In this document: piece after piece, positions 47,263 through 59,513 of the stretch | Layout of the letters: the number at the start of each line of letters is the position of its first letter | How positions within the stretch are numbered: position 1 is the first letter of the stretch | From: Rebecca billardiae RCC1528 | Lineage: Eukaryota; Protista; Haptophyta | NCBI GenBank assembly: GCA_965240325.2 | Contig: OZ251254.1 | Location: 310,001 to 374,000, forward strand | Reading direction: 5' to 3' | DNA: 64,000 nt | Translations under genes and position numbers: made by a program | Notes under the pieces: model-generated | Databases searched by the model: none | Told to the model about the DNA's origin: nothing | The model's input: only the letters and a program-made list of their open reading frames with translations

Positions 47263-47958
47263 ATGGACAACGCCGAGCAGGACGAGCTGCGCCTGGCCAT
47301 GCAGACGATGAGGGAGGAGATGGACGCTCTCAAGGCCAAGCTTAACCAAGCCAATGCTCTCACGGCCAAAGTGTGTGACGTCGACCTCGCGCAGGCCATG
47401 GGCGGGCGCGTGAAGCTCAACGTGGGCGGCGCGCGCTTCGAGACAACCCGCGACACACTCTGCCGCTACCGTGACTCCTACTTCGGCGCGATGTTCAGCG
47501 GGGTCATCGACTTGCCCACCGACGAGGACGGCCGCGTGTTCATCGACCGCTCGGGCGAGCACTTCCACCGCGTCCTCGACTTCCTCCGCACGGGCAGCAT
47601 GCGCATGCCCGACTCCAAAGGGGAGCGAGAGGCGGTGCGGGACGAGCTCCGCTTCTACAAGCTCGACGCGCATGTCCCGCAGGACGATTTGTTGGAGGCG
47701 CCCGCAACGAGACAGCGCGTCCAACCCGAACGCAACCACACTGGATCCGCGCGCCAACACAGGGAAGCACTCGATGCAGCAGCGCTGAAGACAGAGCTAG
47801 CAGCGCGCATTGCCTCGCACCTGGACATGCCAGCTCGGCACCCTTACCTACTCTGGGACTCCCGCCGGCCATTGCATGACGTTCCATTCGAGTCGTCGGT
47901 ATGGGATACCTCGCTCTTGCCCTTTGCCGATTGTGACAGGCACCAACCAAGGCCGTAA
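47263..47958 (+). CDS. KCTD-type BTB/POZ domain protein with N-terminal coiled coil
   Basis: VKLNVGGARFETTRDTL...SYFGAMFSG...FIDRSGEHFHRVLDFLRTG...DELRFYKL. 3' end uncertain. Confidence 0.9.
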   Translation: MDNAEQDELRLAMQTMREEMDALKAKLNQANALTAKVCDVDLAQAMGGRVKLNVGGARFETTRDTLCRYRDSYFGAMFSGVIDLPTDEDGRVFIDRSGEHFHRVLDFLRTGSMRMPDSKGEREAVRDELRFYKLDAHVPQDDLLEAPATRQRVQPERNHTGSARQHREALDAAALKTELAARIASHLDMPARHPYLLWDSRRPLHDVPFESSVWDTSLLPFADCDRHQPRP

Positions 47959-48319
47959 GGCGATGCTGCATTCACCCACCATCCGTCGGCATGTCTCTGA
48001 GTGACTCTTCTGATCTGGTGACCGGTGAGCAGCACATCGAGGCACGCGTTGGCGGGCGCAGCGATCTTGGATGGACGGCGAGGGAGTGAGCGCGCGCGCG
48101 ATATGACGCGCCATCTGCACCGCCACCTAGCGCCCGGCGCCCCGCCCCCTCATGACGAGGCGGCCGTTGTTCCATTGGATTGGTCGCGCGCCCCCATTTC
48201 CTACTCGCGAAATGAATAGTGAATCGTAGTGAATCTCCGAAAGATTCGATCGGAAAGTGAGTGAAAGTCATGCGCCTGGCATGCGCTGATGACGCCTCGC
48301 GCCCGCCGAATCGGCCGCG

Positions 48320-49864
48320 ATGCTGCGCCTCGTCGCGCTGGTCGTGCTCGCCGCGCTGCCAGCGCCTGGGCTGCGTGGCCCGCTGCGCTCCTCGCCGGCG
48401 CCGCTCAGGCGCGTGCGCCCGCGCGATGTGCGCGCCCTCGCCGCAGCGGACGACGCCTCGTCGCCGCCCCCCGCCGCCGCCTCGGGCGCGCGCGCGCGGC
48501 ATGCGCGCGGCGGCGGCGCACCGCCGGACGCGGCGCTGCGGCCGGTGTGCCTCGGCGTGTTCGCGCACATGCTCGGCGAGGGCGTGGCGATCTCGACGAT
48601 CCCGCTCCACCTCGCCGCGTACGGCGCGAGCCCGCTGCAGATCGGCGCCGCCACCTCTGCATTCGCGCTTGCGCAGATGAGTTTCTGCCCGCTGCTCGTG
48701 AGACTCTCCGGTCGGTACGGCCGCGCGCGCGTGCTGCGCGGCTGCACGGTGGGCGCGGCGGTGTCGGGGCTGGTGATCGCGCTCTCGTCCACCACCGCCG
48801 GCGTCATCGCCGGCCGCTTCTTCGCCGGCGTCTTCGCCGCCTCCGTGCCCGTCGCGCAGGCGGCCGCGGCCGACGGCGCGCCGCCGGGCAAGCGGACGGC
48901 TCGCGCGCTCTCACGCGTGTCGGCGGCGGCGCAGGCGGGCGTGGTGGTCGGCCCGGCGCTGTCGGCGTGCCTGCAGCCGGCCGCGGGCGCGCTCGGCCTC
49001 CCGCCCCACCTGCGCGTGCGCGCGGTCTTCGTCCTTACCTCTCTCGCCACCATCGCTCTCTCGCGCGGCCTCAGCGCCGCAGTCACTGCCGGCGGCCGTG
49101 CCGGCGGCGTGAGCGGCGGCGGGCGCGGCGCAGAGGGCGGCGTGGCGGGAGCCTCGGGCTCGAGCCGCGGCGCAGCGCTGGCGCCCGACGCCGCCGCCCA
49201 GCGCCCGAGCGGTCTCGCGGCCGCGCTCGCGGCCGCCTCGGCCGCGGCCGCGCGGCGCGCGCGCCGGGCACTGCCGCCGCTGCCGCAGCTGTGGCTGCGC
49301 ATCGTGGCTCTGGCGGTGGGGTGGGCGCTGACGCTGAGCGTGTCGACGTACTGCCTCTTCGGCGCGCGCGTGCTGCGGTACGGCCAGCCGCAGCTCAGCG
49401 CCACCTTCAGCGCGGGCGCCGCGCTCACCGTCGCCACGCAGCTGCTACTTTACCCACGTTTACTTAGTCGGTTCAGCGAGCACGCCCTGTGCGCGCTCGG
49501 CCTGGGCGTGACCGGCGCCGCGCTGGGCAGCATGGCGGCGCTGCTGCGGCAGCCGTGGCACACGGGGCTGTACATGCTTAACCGCGTGGGTGCCGGCGTC
49601 GCCGACACCTCCACCGCCGCCCTCGTCGCCGCCGCCTCCGCCACGCCCGAGGCGCGCGCGCGCCACCTCGCGATGATTCAGTCGACGCGCGCGGCCGCGC
49701 GCGTCGTCACGCCGATGGTGTCTGGCGCGCTGCTGGCGCGCTCGGCGGGCTGGGCGCGCGCGCCGGGGGCGCTGCCGTACCACGCGTGCGCGGCGCTGGC
49801 GCTCGCGCTCGTGCCCGTGCCGCTGCTGCTGCGCCGATGGACCGCCACGGCGGCGGACGAGTAG
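48320..49864 (+). CDS. MFS transporter (DHA1/TetA-like) with bipartite targeting-like N-terminus
   Basis: 514 aa; motif A RLSGRYGRARVL; IAGRFFAGVFAASVPVAQA; GVVVGPALS; about 12 TM segments. Confidence 0.9.
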   Translation: MLRLVALVVLAALPAPGLRGPLRSSPAPLRRVRPRDVRALAAADDASSPPPAAASGARARHARGGGAPPDAALRPVCLGVFAHMLGEGVAISTIPLHLAAYGASPLQIGAATSAFALAQMSFCPLLVRLSGRYGRARVLRGCTVGAAVSGLVIALSSTTAGVIAGRFFAGVFAASVPVAQAAAADGAPPGKRTARALSRVSAAAQAGVVVGPALSACLQPAAGALGLPPHLRVRAVFVLTSLATIALSRGLSAAVTAGGRAGGVSGGGRGAEGGVAGASGSSRGAALAPDAAAQRPSGLAAALAAASAAAARRARRALPPLPQLWLRIVALAVGWALTLSVSTYCLFGARVLRYGQPQLSATFSAGAALTVATQLLLYPRLLSRFSEHALCALGLGVTGAALGSMAALLRQPWHTGLYMLNRVGAGVADTSTAALVAAASATPEARARHLAMIQSTRAAARVVTPMVSGALLARSAGWARAPGALPYHACAALALALVPVPLLLRRWTATAADE

Positions 49865-50202
49865 CGATCGATCGATTATAATATTAAATTATATATTATA
49901 ATATCATATTCCTGAAGACGATATGACCGCGTTCCGCGGTCCTTTTCTGCATAGAATCAACGCAGTTGGGGGCCCGCGGTGGCCGTGCAATCGCGGCTCT
50001 CCGCCGTAGTGGCAGTTCGCCAGTTGAAGTCGGTTCTGAGATGACTGAAGCTATATTAGTCACTGACGACCGTCGCCCTGCCTGCGCGACCGCGAGACTC
50101 ATTCACACTTATTCACACAATCACAGCAGCGGACCTGAGACCGCACCCGGCACCGGTCGTCAAATCGGACGTCTGTCTGACAACTAGCTGCCAAATGTCC
50201 AA

Positions 50203-50333
50203 CTGGCTGATCAGCTCGGATCCGACCCGTCCGCGATCGTGCCATCGGCATCGGAATTACTACTAGTAGCTGCCAAACTGTTAGTCCCGACTCTGGCTGA
50301 TCAGCTCGGATCCGACCCGTCCGCGATCGTGCC
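50203..50333. repeat. 41-bp direct repeat, two copies 90 bp apart
   Basis: CTGGCTGATCAGCTCGGATCCGACCCGTCCGCGATCGTGCC at 50203-50243 and 50293-50333. Confidence 0.9.
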
Positions 50334-51381
50334 GAGTGAGTCGTGCCGCGGAGCTCGGAGTACTGAAGGAGTCGGGTGTGACAGCAGGGTGCTTTAGCGC
50401 TGCGGCCCGTGCCAGCCAACGACCAGACCTACTCTGGCCACTTGACCCGTTGCACGGGTGAGTGACCGTACGCCCTGCCTAGTGCCTACCGCGCGCGCCG
50501 CGCGACCGGCGACTCGGGGTGATGGAGAGCGGATGGCGACAGCAGCAGCAGTCCGCTCATGAAGACGATGAAACTGGCGGCACGGGTGCACGAGGTGGCA
50601 GGCGAAAGCGCGCCGACGAGACCGCATTTGACACACCTGAGCCGCACGCGCGTGCCGTCGCCGACCGCGGCGAGCGCTGCAAACGCGCAACCGTACCGCG
50701 CGCGCCACGACGGCGCGGCACTAGCTGATGCAGGCCGTACTGCCGGCACTGCTTCTGCGATCATGCGCCACGGTCGCAGCTGACTGCGTGAGCAGCAAGC
50801 GGGAGGCGGGTCCGGAGGCACGTGCAGGCGCCGTCCCGCATATCCGCCATCGCCCATCGTGCCGGGGCACGTCACCTCCGACGATCCGGATGTGGCCCAG
50901 TCCGGACGTCACGCGATCCGGGAATTGACGAGTACGATTCGCTCGTAACGAACCGTTACACTAATGTCACGTCCAGCTGACGTCCAGATCGCACTTTACT
51001 TAAGGGAATCAGCTGGGCGCGGTTTTTTTTGGCCTGATAGACCTCTCAATGCGATCTCAAAAACTCGAAACTCGGTCTCCGCCAGCCCTAAAAATCGCCC
51101 CCCGTCCCTTTTTTTCCGCCGCCCCCCGTCCCTTTTTTCTTGCGGATTAATAAAGATCTTTTTGAAACGTGGTTCGGGCCCGCTGGTGCGGGCTCCACGC
51201 TGCGCGCTCCGCCCTGCACCGCGGGCCATGACGATGCATGCGCTGACGACGACTGCTAATAATTTATTTAAACAATATATATATATATATATATCATCGC
51301 GCATATCAGCATCGCCGCGTCAGTGCCGATGCCGCCGTCCGTTCGTCTCGGAATCCGCCGGCCCGACGGAATCGGTGTCGT

Positions 51382-51832
51382 CTAGCTGCGGTGCGCAACC
51401 GACGGGCGTGGGACGCTGATGCTCAGCCCGCCCGCAGGGGGCAGGCTCGGGCGGCGCGGGGTCGCGCTGGAGGACGCCGCGCCGCCCGCGGCCGCGTACG
51501 AGCCCCCGCCGCCCGCCGCCGCCGCCATCGCCGCCGCCGCCGCGCCGCGGCCCCCGTAGTGGGTCGTGCCTGGGCGCGGCTGCGGGGCGGACTCGGCCGA
51601 GCGCGCGCCAGCGCCGAGCGCGCAGCTGACGGCGGTGTGCTGCGGCAGCGCGACGGGCGCGCGGCGCGAGGAGGGCGAGACTGGGCTCCGACCGCGCGCA
51701 GGCGAGAGCGAGTTGCGCCGCGCGCGCTCCGCCTTGCTCAGCGCCGCACCCGCGGGCGCCACCGGCGAGGTCGCGGCCGGGTTACTCGCCCGGCGCGCGG
51801 CGGGCGCGACACCGAACGCTCCGCCGTCCGCC

Positions 51833-51863
<31 letters not shown>

Positions 51864-52429
51864 GGTGGTGCGTCGCGTCGGCGGGCGGCGTGGCCGGGCT
51901 GCGCGGCGGGCGGCTTCGCATGCCCGCGCGCCCGATCGTCACCACGTCAAGCGGGCTGCCCACCTCGTCCGCGTCGAGTGGCAGATTCGACAGTGTCCGC
52001 GCGCGCCGCTTGCCCGCCGCCGCGGTGGCCGCGGCCGCGGCCACCGCCGCGCCGACCGCCGCGCCGCCGGCGGCCGGTGCCCTTGAGAGCTGCGGTGCTT
52101 CGGAGGGCGTGCTGACGGGTGGCGGGTCGACGCCGTGCTCCACGAGTAGGCCGCGCAGCATCGCGATCTCGCGCCGCGCCCTCGCCAGCTCCGCGCTCAG
52201 GTCCGTCGGCACGACGCCGCGCCGCGTCGGCCCGAGAGCCACCACTTTACACCGCTGCGCGAACGTAAGCGAGCTGTAAGTTTCGGCGGCGTTGGCGGCG
52301 TCGGCCGAGGCGGTGACGACGATGAGCACCTTTGAGCGGCCGCCGAGCGCGTCTGAGAGGAGGAAGGTGAGCTTCGAGTTGCGGTAAGGGATGTGCGGGC
52401 CCGGCGCGCCGGACGCCGACGCCGGCGGC

Positions 52430-52478
<49 letters not shown>

Positions 52479-52731
52479 TCGCCGCGCCAAGTGCCGAGAT
52501 CACATCTCCCAGAGCTGAGAGGCTTCGATTAATGTTCTGCGCCTCGCGCAGCGCGTCGCCGGTCGCGGCCGTCTTCGCGACGCGCTCCGAGCCGGCGAGG
52601 TCGACGAGGTGCAGCGTGCTGCGCAGCGCGGGCAGCGCCTCGAGCCCAGCCGCCACGCCGCCGCCGCCACCGCCGCCGGCGGCGGCGGCGGCGGGCTTGG
52701 CGGCGGCGCCGGAGCCTACCGCCGCCGTCTC

Positions 52732-52773
<42 letters not shown>

Positions 52774-54899
52774 AGCGTGCGGCTCGGTCGGCGTCGCGCG
52801 CAGCTCGAGGCTCACCACGAGGTGCGAGCGGCTCGAGTGCTCGTTCAGGTTGTGCGCGCCCACCGCGCGATTGCGCGAGCCAACCGCCTGCGTTCATTCC
52901 CACGGGCCGATCGCATAAAAAGAAGGTTTTTTTCATTCCCACGGTGCGAGCGCGGCGAGGCGCGGCGCGGCACGCCGCGCGTGTGAGTGGCGTGGGTGAA
53001 GGCGCGGGCGGCGGCGGCGTGGCGGCGGCGCGCGCGCGCGCGGGCGTGCGTGCGCGCGTGCGCGGTGCCTCGCGGCGCGCGCGCGCACCAGCAGCTCGAG
53101 CGTCTGCTGCAGCGAGTGCACCCGCACCGCCGTCCGTCCCTCTGGCCAAACCGTCCCGTCGGGAGTTTGGCGCAGCTGCAATTCTACGCGCCGACCGCCG
53201 CCCTCGCCGCGCGCGCCCGGCCCGGCCTCGGGCGCGAGCAGGTCGTAGACGGACTCGTTGTACACCTCGACCATCGAGAGGTGCAGCGCGTACGCGTACC
53301 CGCCGTCGTAGTAACCCTCGCTCCCGCCGCCGCCGTAACCGCCGCCGTAACCGCCGCCGCCGCCGTCAGTCGGCGAGCCGCCGCCGCCGCCGCCGCCGCC
53401 GCCGTCGGCGCCGCCGCCGTCCACCGGCGCGGGCGCGGGCGGCGGCATGCCGACGCGCGTGCGCTCGAAGACCTCCTGCACGCGCGCACGCGCGCGCGCG
53501 CGCGCGCGCACGCCTCGTGAGCGCCTCGGCGACGGGGAAGGCGGGCGGCGGTGGCGCGCCGGGGCGGCGGCGGTGGCGCGCCGGAGCGCACAGTCACATG
53601 CACACGCTGGCGCGCGCCGCCGCCGCCGCCGCGCGCCGCCGCGCGCCGACGCACCGCGAGCGCCAGCGTGTTGATGCCAGGCTGCTGCCTCGCGTCGGCG
53701 GCGCCGCCGCCGCCCAGCAAGCTGCCCGGCGCGAACCCGCCCATCATCGTGTGCGTCTTGCCGCTCCCTGTCTGCCCATACGCGAGCACCGCGGCGGAAT
53801 ATCCGTCGACGAAGGATTTAATTAAAAGCGACACGTCCTCGAGGTAGAGCTGCCGCGTCTGCGAGGCGGGGCCGTACACGCGGTCCACGCGGAAGGCGGA
53901 GGGCTGCGCCGCGCGAGCGGGCGCGGAGGGCCACGCCGGGGGCGGGGGCGGGTGAGCGCCGGGGCGGCGCGCGCAGCACACGCCGCGGCTGCGCGCTGTG
54001 CTGGGCGCGCGCCGCCGCGCCGCCGCGCCGCGCGCCGCAGCCCTCCGCACCTGCCCGCCTGCGCGCGCGTTGAGCACGCGCACGGTGCCCGAGTCGGCGG
54101 CCTCGGAGAGGTCGACGGCGTTGCCCACGCCGGACGCGGTGGGCGACGCCGCGCGCCGCGGCCGCACGCGGCAGATTACTCGGAGATTGCCCCGCGCATC
54201 CATCAGCTGCTCTCGGAGCACGCGCACCGCGCGCGCGTGCGCGGCGGTCTGCTGCACCGCGGCGGCGGCGGTGCGCCGCGCGGACTCGGCGACGAGCGAG
54301 AGGTGCTCCGCGTGCGCGCGCGCCGCCTGCGCCTCGGCGGTGCGCTTGAGCAGCTCGGCGCGAATCCGGGCGACGGTGCCGGGGTCGATGTGCCCGGAGC
54401 CGGCGGCGCCGTCCGCGCCGGCGGCAGCGGCGGCGGCGGCGGCGGCGGAGCGGCCGGCGCCCGTGGCAGCGCCGTCACCATGATCCGCCACCAACGCGGC
54501 CGACGCGGCGCGCGCGTCCGCGCGCGCCGCGTGCGCGTCGGCGCGCGCGCGCGCCAGCTCAGCCTCGAGAGCAAGCGCGCGCGCACGCTCAGAGGCCATG
54601 GCGTCTCGCGTGCTCTGCATCTCGAGGTGGACGGCGTCGAGCTCAGTCTGCGCGCGCGCGGAGCCCTCGCGCGCCTCCTTCGCCTCCTGCGTCGCGCGCA
54701 CCACCGTCGCGATCGTCTCCGCCGCGCGGCGCGCGTCGGCCTTGCCGCACGCGCCGAGGGCAAGCGCCACGCGCGAGTTGGCCTCGGCGCGGGTGACCCA
54801 GCCGCCGCACTCGTCCGGGTACTCGAGGTGCGCGATGAGCGCCTCGTACTCTGGGTCCGCGCCCGAGCGCGGCTCGTCCGCCGGTGCTGACTCCGCCAT
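51382..54899 (-). CDS. Kinesin-14-like motor protein, 4 exons
   Basis: Introns 53904-54050, 53476-53654, 52888-53088. Coiled coil then neck LMDARGNLRVICRVRP; P-loop AYGQTGSGKTHTM; EVYNE; NEHSSRSH; LVDLAGSER; HIPYRNSKLT. Confidence 0.95.
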
Positions 54900-55808
54900 C
54901 GCGAGTGCGTGTGCGCGCGCGCCGCTCTTCGACCGTGGTGCGCGGGGTGCCGCCACTTCGTGGCCGGCGCCGGCGCGCGCCCAGGCCCGCCCACGAGCAA
55001 GCACACACCTTTACCCCCATACAAGTGGACCCAGCTGACGAATCGGCAAAGGCTGCCCCTTTCGTTCCTTTGATGGAATTGTACAAAGGAATGTTCGGTC
55101 ACGGCGGGTGCGGCGTCCCGATTGGCTGCGCGGCCAACCACCCGTTGGCTTTCGCCAGTTTGCACCTTCCAAGCCCCTTGCTTCATTGCTTGGGCATCAT
55201 TGCTGGACCCAGCATGGCCGCCGGCGTCCTGAGCCGGGCGCAACACATCATCCACACCTGCATTGGTCGAGGCACACCTTAGCAGCTATCCGGAGGGGAC
55301 CGGAGACATGTCGCACAGCCTTCCTCACACAACGCACCCACAAAGTACCTCAGCAGAGCCGATGGAAGCGGCACGCGGATGCTGCGCGGCGGCACGCGGA
55401 CCGGAGTCCGGAGAGTGGCGGAGCCTTCGGATAGGCTGAGTTATTAGTGCCCGGCGCCGCGCACGATCGTCGCGTGCATTGTGCAGGCCGCAACCCAGTG
55501 GACAACGAGACGAGGGCCACGGTGAGGGTACAAGGCATACATCATGCGCAACATGCCTGGCAGCAAGACCGGCCACCGAGGCCGCGCACTCTCCCGCAGG
55601 CTTCATTCACACTCTCCGGACGAGCCCCGGCGCCGCCGGGCTCAGGCCGCTGGCCGCCTCGGGCGCGGCCGGGAGCGGCTCGAAGCGCCGCCGCATGCAC
55701 GTAGCCCCGGCCCCGGGGCTTCACCGCGAGCACCAAAGAGATATATTCTCAACTTCACTACTCTCCTTCGGGGACACAGCCGACGGGACATGCCGGCGTC
55801 GGAGACGG

Positions 55809-57063
55809 CTACGGCGTCGGACTCGGCGAGGGAAGCGGCGTCGGCGTCGGTGTGGGCTCCGGTGGTGTCGGCCCCGGCGCCGGCGTGGGCTCCGGCACGG
55901 GCTTGAACGGCTTAAAGTGGCCGAAGAGCAGCGAGCGGCGGGTGCCAGGCGACGACCCAACCACCCCGCCCCCATCGGCGACGCAGCCGGCCGGGCACAC
56001 GAGGACCAGCTCGTCAATCATGTCGGCGTAGACCGTGTCAAACGAGTCGTAGTAGATGACGTCACGATAGCCGTCCTGCGCGTGGATCACATCGGCGCCC
56101 TGGCCACCTGCCGGATGCCCGGAGCGCCGGGGCGCAGGCACCGGGCACACGCGCGGAGGGAGCTCAGCACGCACGGCGTGCCAGCAGCCACGCCGCGCCG
56201 CGTGAGCGCGCCGGCGCGTGCACGCGCGCGCACCGTCAATGCGATCGTAGCCGTCGCCGCCGTGGATCACGTCGTTGCCCGCACCACCTGCCTCGTGCGC
56301 GCGGCCACGATGTGCGCGTGAGCAAGTACTGTATGCACGGCTGCGGTGCAGCTGACAGCAGCTGTCCACGCAATCGCATCGCAACACGACACGCACACGC
56401 ACACGGGCTGGCGGGGCGCGAGTGGAGGCGGGCGGACGCGTCCGGGGCGCACACCGTAGATGTAATTGCGTCCCTCGCGGGCCAGCCGCCAGGGTACGAG
56501 CCATCATTCACACCGTCATTCCCGCCGTAGAGGAGGTCGTCGCCACCCTGCCCGAAAATGAAGTTGTAGGCGTCGCCGCCATACCCGAGCCGGTTGCCGT
56601 CGCCCCCGTCACCGCCCGTGATCGTGTCGCCCCCACCGTTGCCATGGAGATAGTTCCTCGCCGACCCGCCGCGCGCATTCCACTCGGAGCCGTCACCGCC
56701 GCTACCGCCGATGATCGTATCCGCCTCGGCCCCGCCGTAGATGGCATTGACCACGTCTTCAGTCCTATTGTCAAAACCAGCGTCCTCCGCGGACTCGGCA
56801 ATGTACGTAGCTAGTTGGCGGCGCTCGCTGCGGCGCCACACGTACCGTCGCGCGGCCATTCATGCCATCGGCCGGGGCATGTTTGCGCGGCGCAGGCACG
56901 AATCGGAGTTGCACGAGGGCCGTAGCGGCTGGACGGCGCGCAAAGCCGGGGCGGCGCACCCTTGGTCGTCGGCAGCGGTGGTCTTGGCATTGGCGGCAGC
57001 GGCACGAGGGGACCCTGCCAGCACGGCGAGCGCCGCGGCCGCAGCCAGCGAGCGCGCGAGCAT
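55809..57063 (-). CDS. Secreted RTX/hemolysin-type Ca-binding repeat protein, 4 exons, one apparent 1-nt frameshift
   Basis: Exons 57063-56960, 56827-56455, 56287-56234, 56107-55809. Signal peptide; GGxGxD-like repeats (GGAEADTII, GNGGGDTIT, GQGGDDLLY, GGAGNDVIH, GGQGADVIH); Pro/Thr tail. Confidence 0.8.
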
Positions 57064-57363
57064 CCGCGGGCAGCGCCTCGGTGGCCGCGTGAGAAGGCTG
57101 CGCGCTAAGCCGCACCCCCGTCACTGTATCTTTTTCTGAGTAAAAACTGTACAGCACTGTGAAGTAAGCTGTGTGCGTGCGTCTCTTATTATTCTGAGTA
57201 AACTTGTACTACTACACAATCATGCAGAATTCCGCGCCGATCCAGCGAGCGGGCCGCCGCGCCCGCCCGTCGTTGGCAGTGGCGTGTCGAACACGCTTCG
57301 GCGGTTCGGCCTTCGGTTTGCCCACCACCCGCGACCGAGGCGCCCGCACTCGCTCTCGCGCTC

Positions 57364-57804
57364 ATGGCGCTCGCGCTCGTCGCGCTCATGGCGCTCGCGC
57401 TCGACACGCCCGCGGATCGCGAGGCGCCGTCCCAGCCTCCCGCCGAGCCCGAGGGCGCGCGCGGCTGGCCCGCCTCGCGCCTGCCCTGCGTGGTCGGCGG
57501 TGCCGTCGTCGGCGGGTTGGCGGTCGCGGCGGCGCCGCTCGCGCTTGGCGGCGTGATCGGCGTCTCCGCCGCCGGGCCGCTCTCGGGCGGCTTGCTCGCC
57601 GGCGCGCAGGCGAGCGCGGCGGCGTCTGGCGGGCTTACCGCGGGCAGCTTTTGGGCGGCGATGCAGAGCGCCGTCATGAGCGGCGCCTCAGCTTGCGCGG
57701 TGGCCAAGGGTGCGGGCGCGGGCGCGCTTGCGGGCGAGCTCGTGCACTCCCGGTCGCGAGGCGCTCCGACGGCCGACTCCGCGCGCCCCCACTCTCGGCT
57801 CTGA
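57364..57804 (+). CDS. IFI6/IFI27 (Ifi-6-16)-like small membrane protein
   Basis: GGLAVAAAPLALGGVIGVSAAGPLSGGLLAGAQASAAASGGLTAGSFWAAMQS resembles the family pattern G..A.G..AGS.AA..........GG..AGS..A.LQS. Confidence 0.65.
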   Translation: MALALVALMALALDTPADREAPSQPPAEPEGARGWPASRLPCVVGGAVVGGLAVAAAPLALGGVIGVSAAGPLSGGLLAGAQASAAASGGLTAGSFWAAMQSAVMSGASACAVAKGAGAGALAGELVHSRSRGAPTADSARPHSRL

Positions 57805-58976
57805 TGCGACCGTCACTCCGCATTGACACCGTCTACCCGCAAGGGCGGGCGCCGGGCCTGCCTCGCTGTCGCCCGCGCCGCCGCCTGCATGCAACCTCGC
57901 TTACCGAGGCCTGCTCGATCAGCTGGCCACGAGGTTGCATGCTACCGCAGTCGCCCGCGCGCCGCCGCCACTTGGCCTGCCCGATCAATTCGCATTGGAA
58001 TGTTTACTTTCAGTTAAATGGGCCACGGCGACGCTAGGCGGTGGACGGTGATGAAGTCACGGCGACGACGGCGGTGGCCAAAGCCGGGTCAGACTGGACC
58101 GTGAGTGGACGACGCCGGCGGCGATGATAGCAGAGACGCGGGCGCATGGCGGGCAGCAGCAGCAGATCGACTGCAGAGCCTACTCGCACGCACACTCACT
58201 GGTCACTACGGCTCGATACACCCGATAACACTTGCCGTGCACGTGGGCTCCAGGCCGTGCACTCCGGCATAATCGGCTCACGGGCCCTGACGGGACGGCA
58301 CACCGTGAGACAGGCCGTCACAGCCGACGCAAGCGGCGTCCCCCGACAAGCTGTCAAGCAGATGTTTAATTGACAGAGGTGTAGTAATAAATAGGTAATA
58401 AATTAATCAAGTGGCGGGCACGGCCAGCACAACCCAGACAGGTCCGTGCGGTCAGAATAATAAGCGCGTCACATCTCCATCAGGCCTCCAGAGTGCGGTT
58501 ACCAGCAGTCCAGCACGGCCGCGTCACACCGGGGCCCACATGACTGGCGCCGGCGGCTGGCCCACGGCCACGGGGCTAACGATACGTAGTCCCGGTTTCT
58601 TAGTAGTGTGACTATTCATGCGTATAGCGAACCAGCCAATCGCTATATCTAGTCTGCTCACGGTTTCTAGGCCATCAGATGATCCGCAGACGATCATAGC
58701 AAGTATAAGTAGCCCCGCCATAAGTTTCTTATTAACGTGACAGCTCCTTATTGCCCGCGATTGCCTGCACATAATAATATATGCGCGCTATTCGTCCGCC
58801 AATAAATAATAATAATAATGTAATATATATATAATATGATGACGACGATGATGACAAATCAAATCGGCCATATCGCGGCGACGTCGGATGGATGACGCGC
58901 ATGCACGCAATTTTTATTATATATATCGTAGTCGTCATCAATTTATTCTATAGCGCCGGTGGCCGGCCATGTCGGA

Positions 58977-59480
58977 TCAAGCGCGGCCTGACGCCTCGAG
59001 CGCGCCCTCGTCCCAGCGCAGCATGCCGAGCACCTCGCCGAGCGGCAGCCGCGCCGCCTTGCCCACACAGTCGTTCGCGCCGTACGTGAGGACCACCTCC
59101 TGCCCAGCATTAGCATGGCCGCCGCCGTCCTGAGCATCAGCATGGCTGCCGTCAGCATGGCCGCCGACGGGGCTCAGCTCGAGCCCCGAGACAAACTGCA
59201 CGACCTCGCAGCTGCCCGCGCCGCCGTCCAGCCCAGCGCCCCCGCCACCCCAGCCCCGCGCCCGCGCGCGCTCCTCCGCCGCCCCCGCCGCACTCGCGGC
59301 CGCCGGCAGGCACCACTCGTCAGAGTGGGCCACCAGGGCGTGTGGCGGCCGCGCGTCCAGCAGGTAGAACACGTGCAGGTAGCGCAGGCTATAGTACCTG
59401 GAGAAGGGCTGGTGGTGCGCGTGCGCCACGCCGAGCAGCCACGCCCGCTCCCGCCCTTCGCGCCCGCGCCCCGCCCCGCG

Positions 59481-59513
<33 letters not shown>

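Noticed and set aside
50203-50333. CRISPR-like repeat-spacer-repeat
   Set aside because: Only two copies, similarity extends upstream of each (TAGCTGCCAAA), eukaryotic context with no cas genes; a local duplication.
51097-51138. GCCCCCCGTCCCTTTTTT x2 as a Pol III gene terminator
   Set aside because: No tRNA-like A/B boxes or cloverleaf seen upstream.
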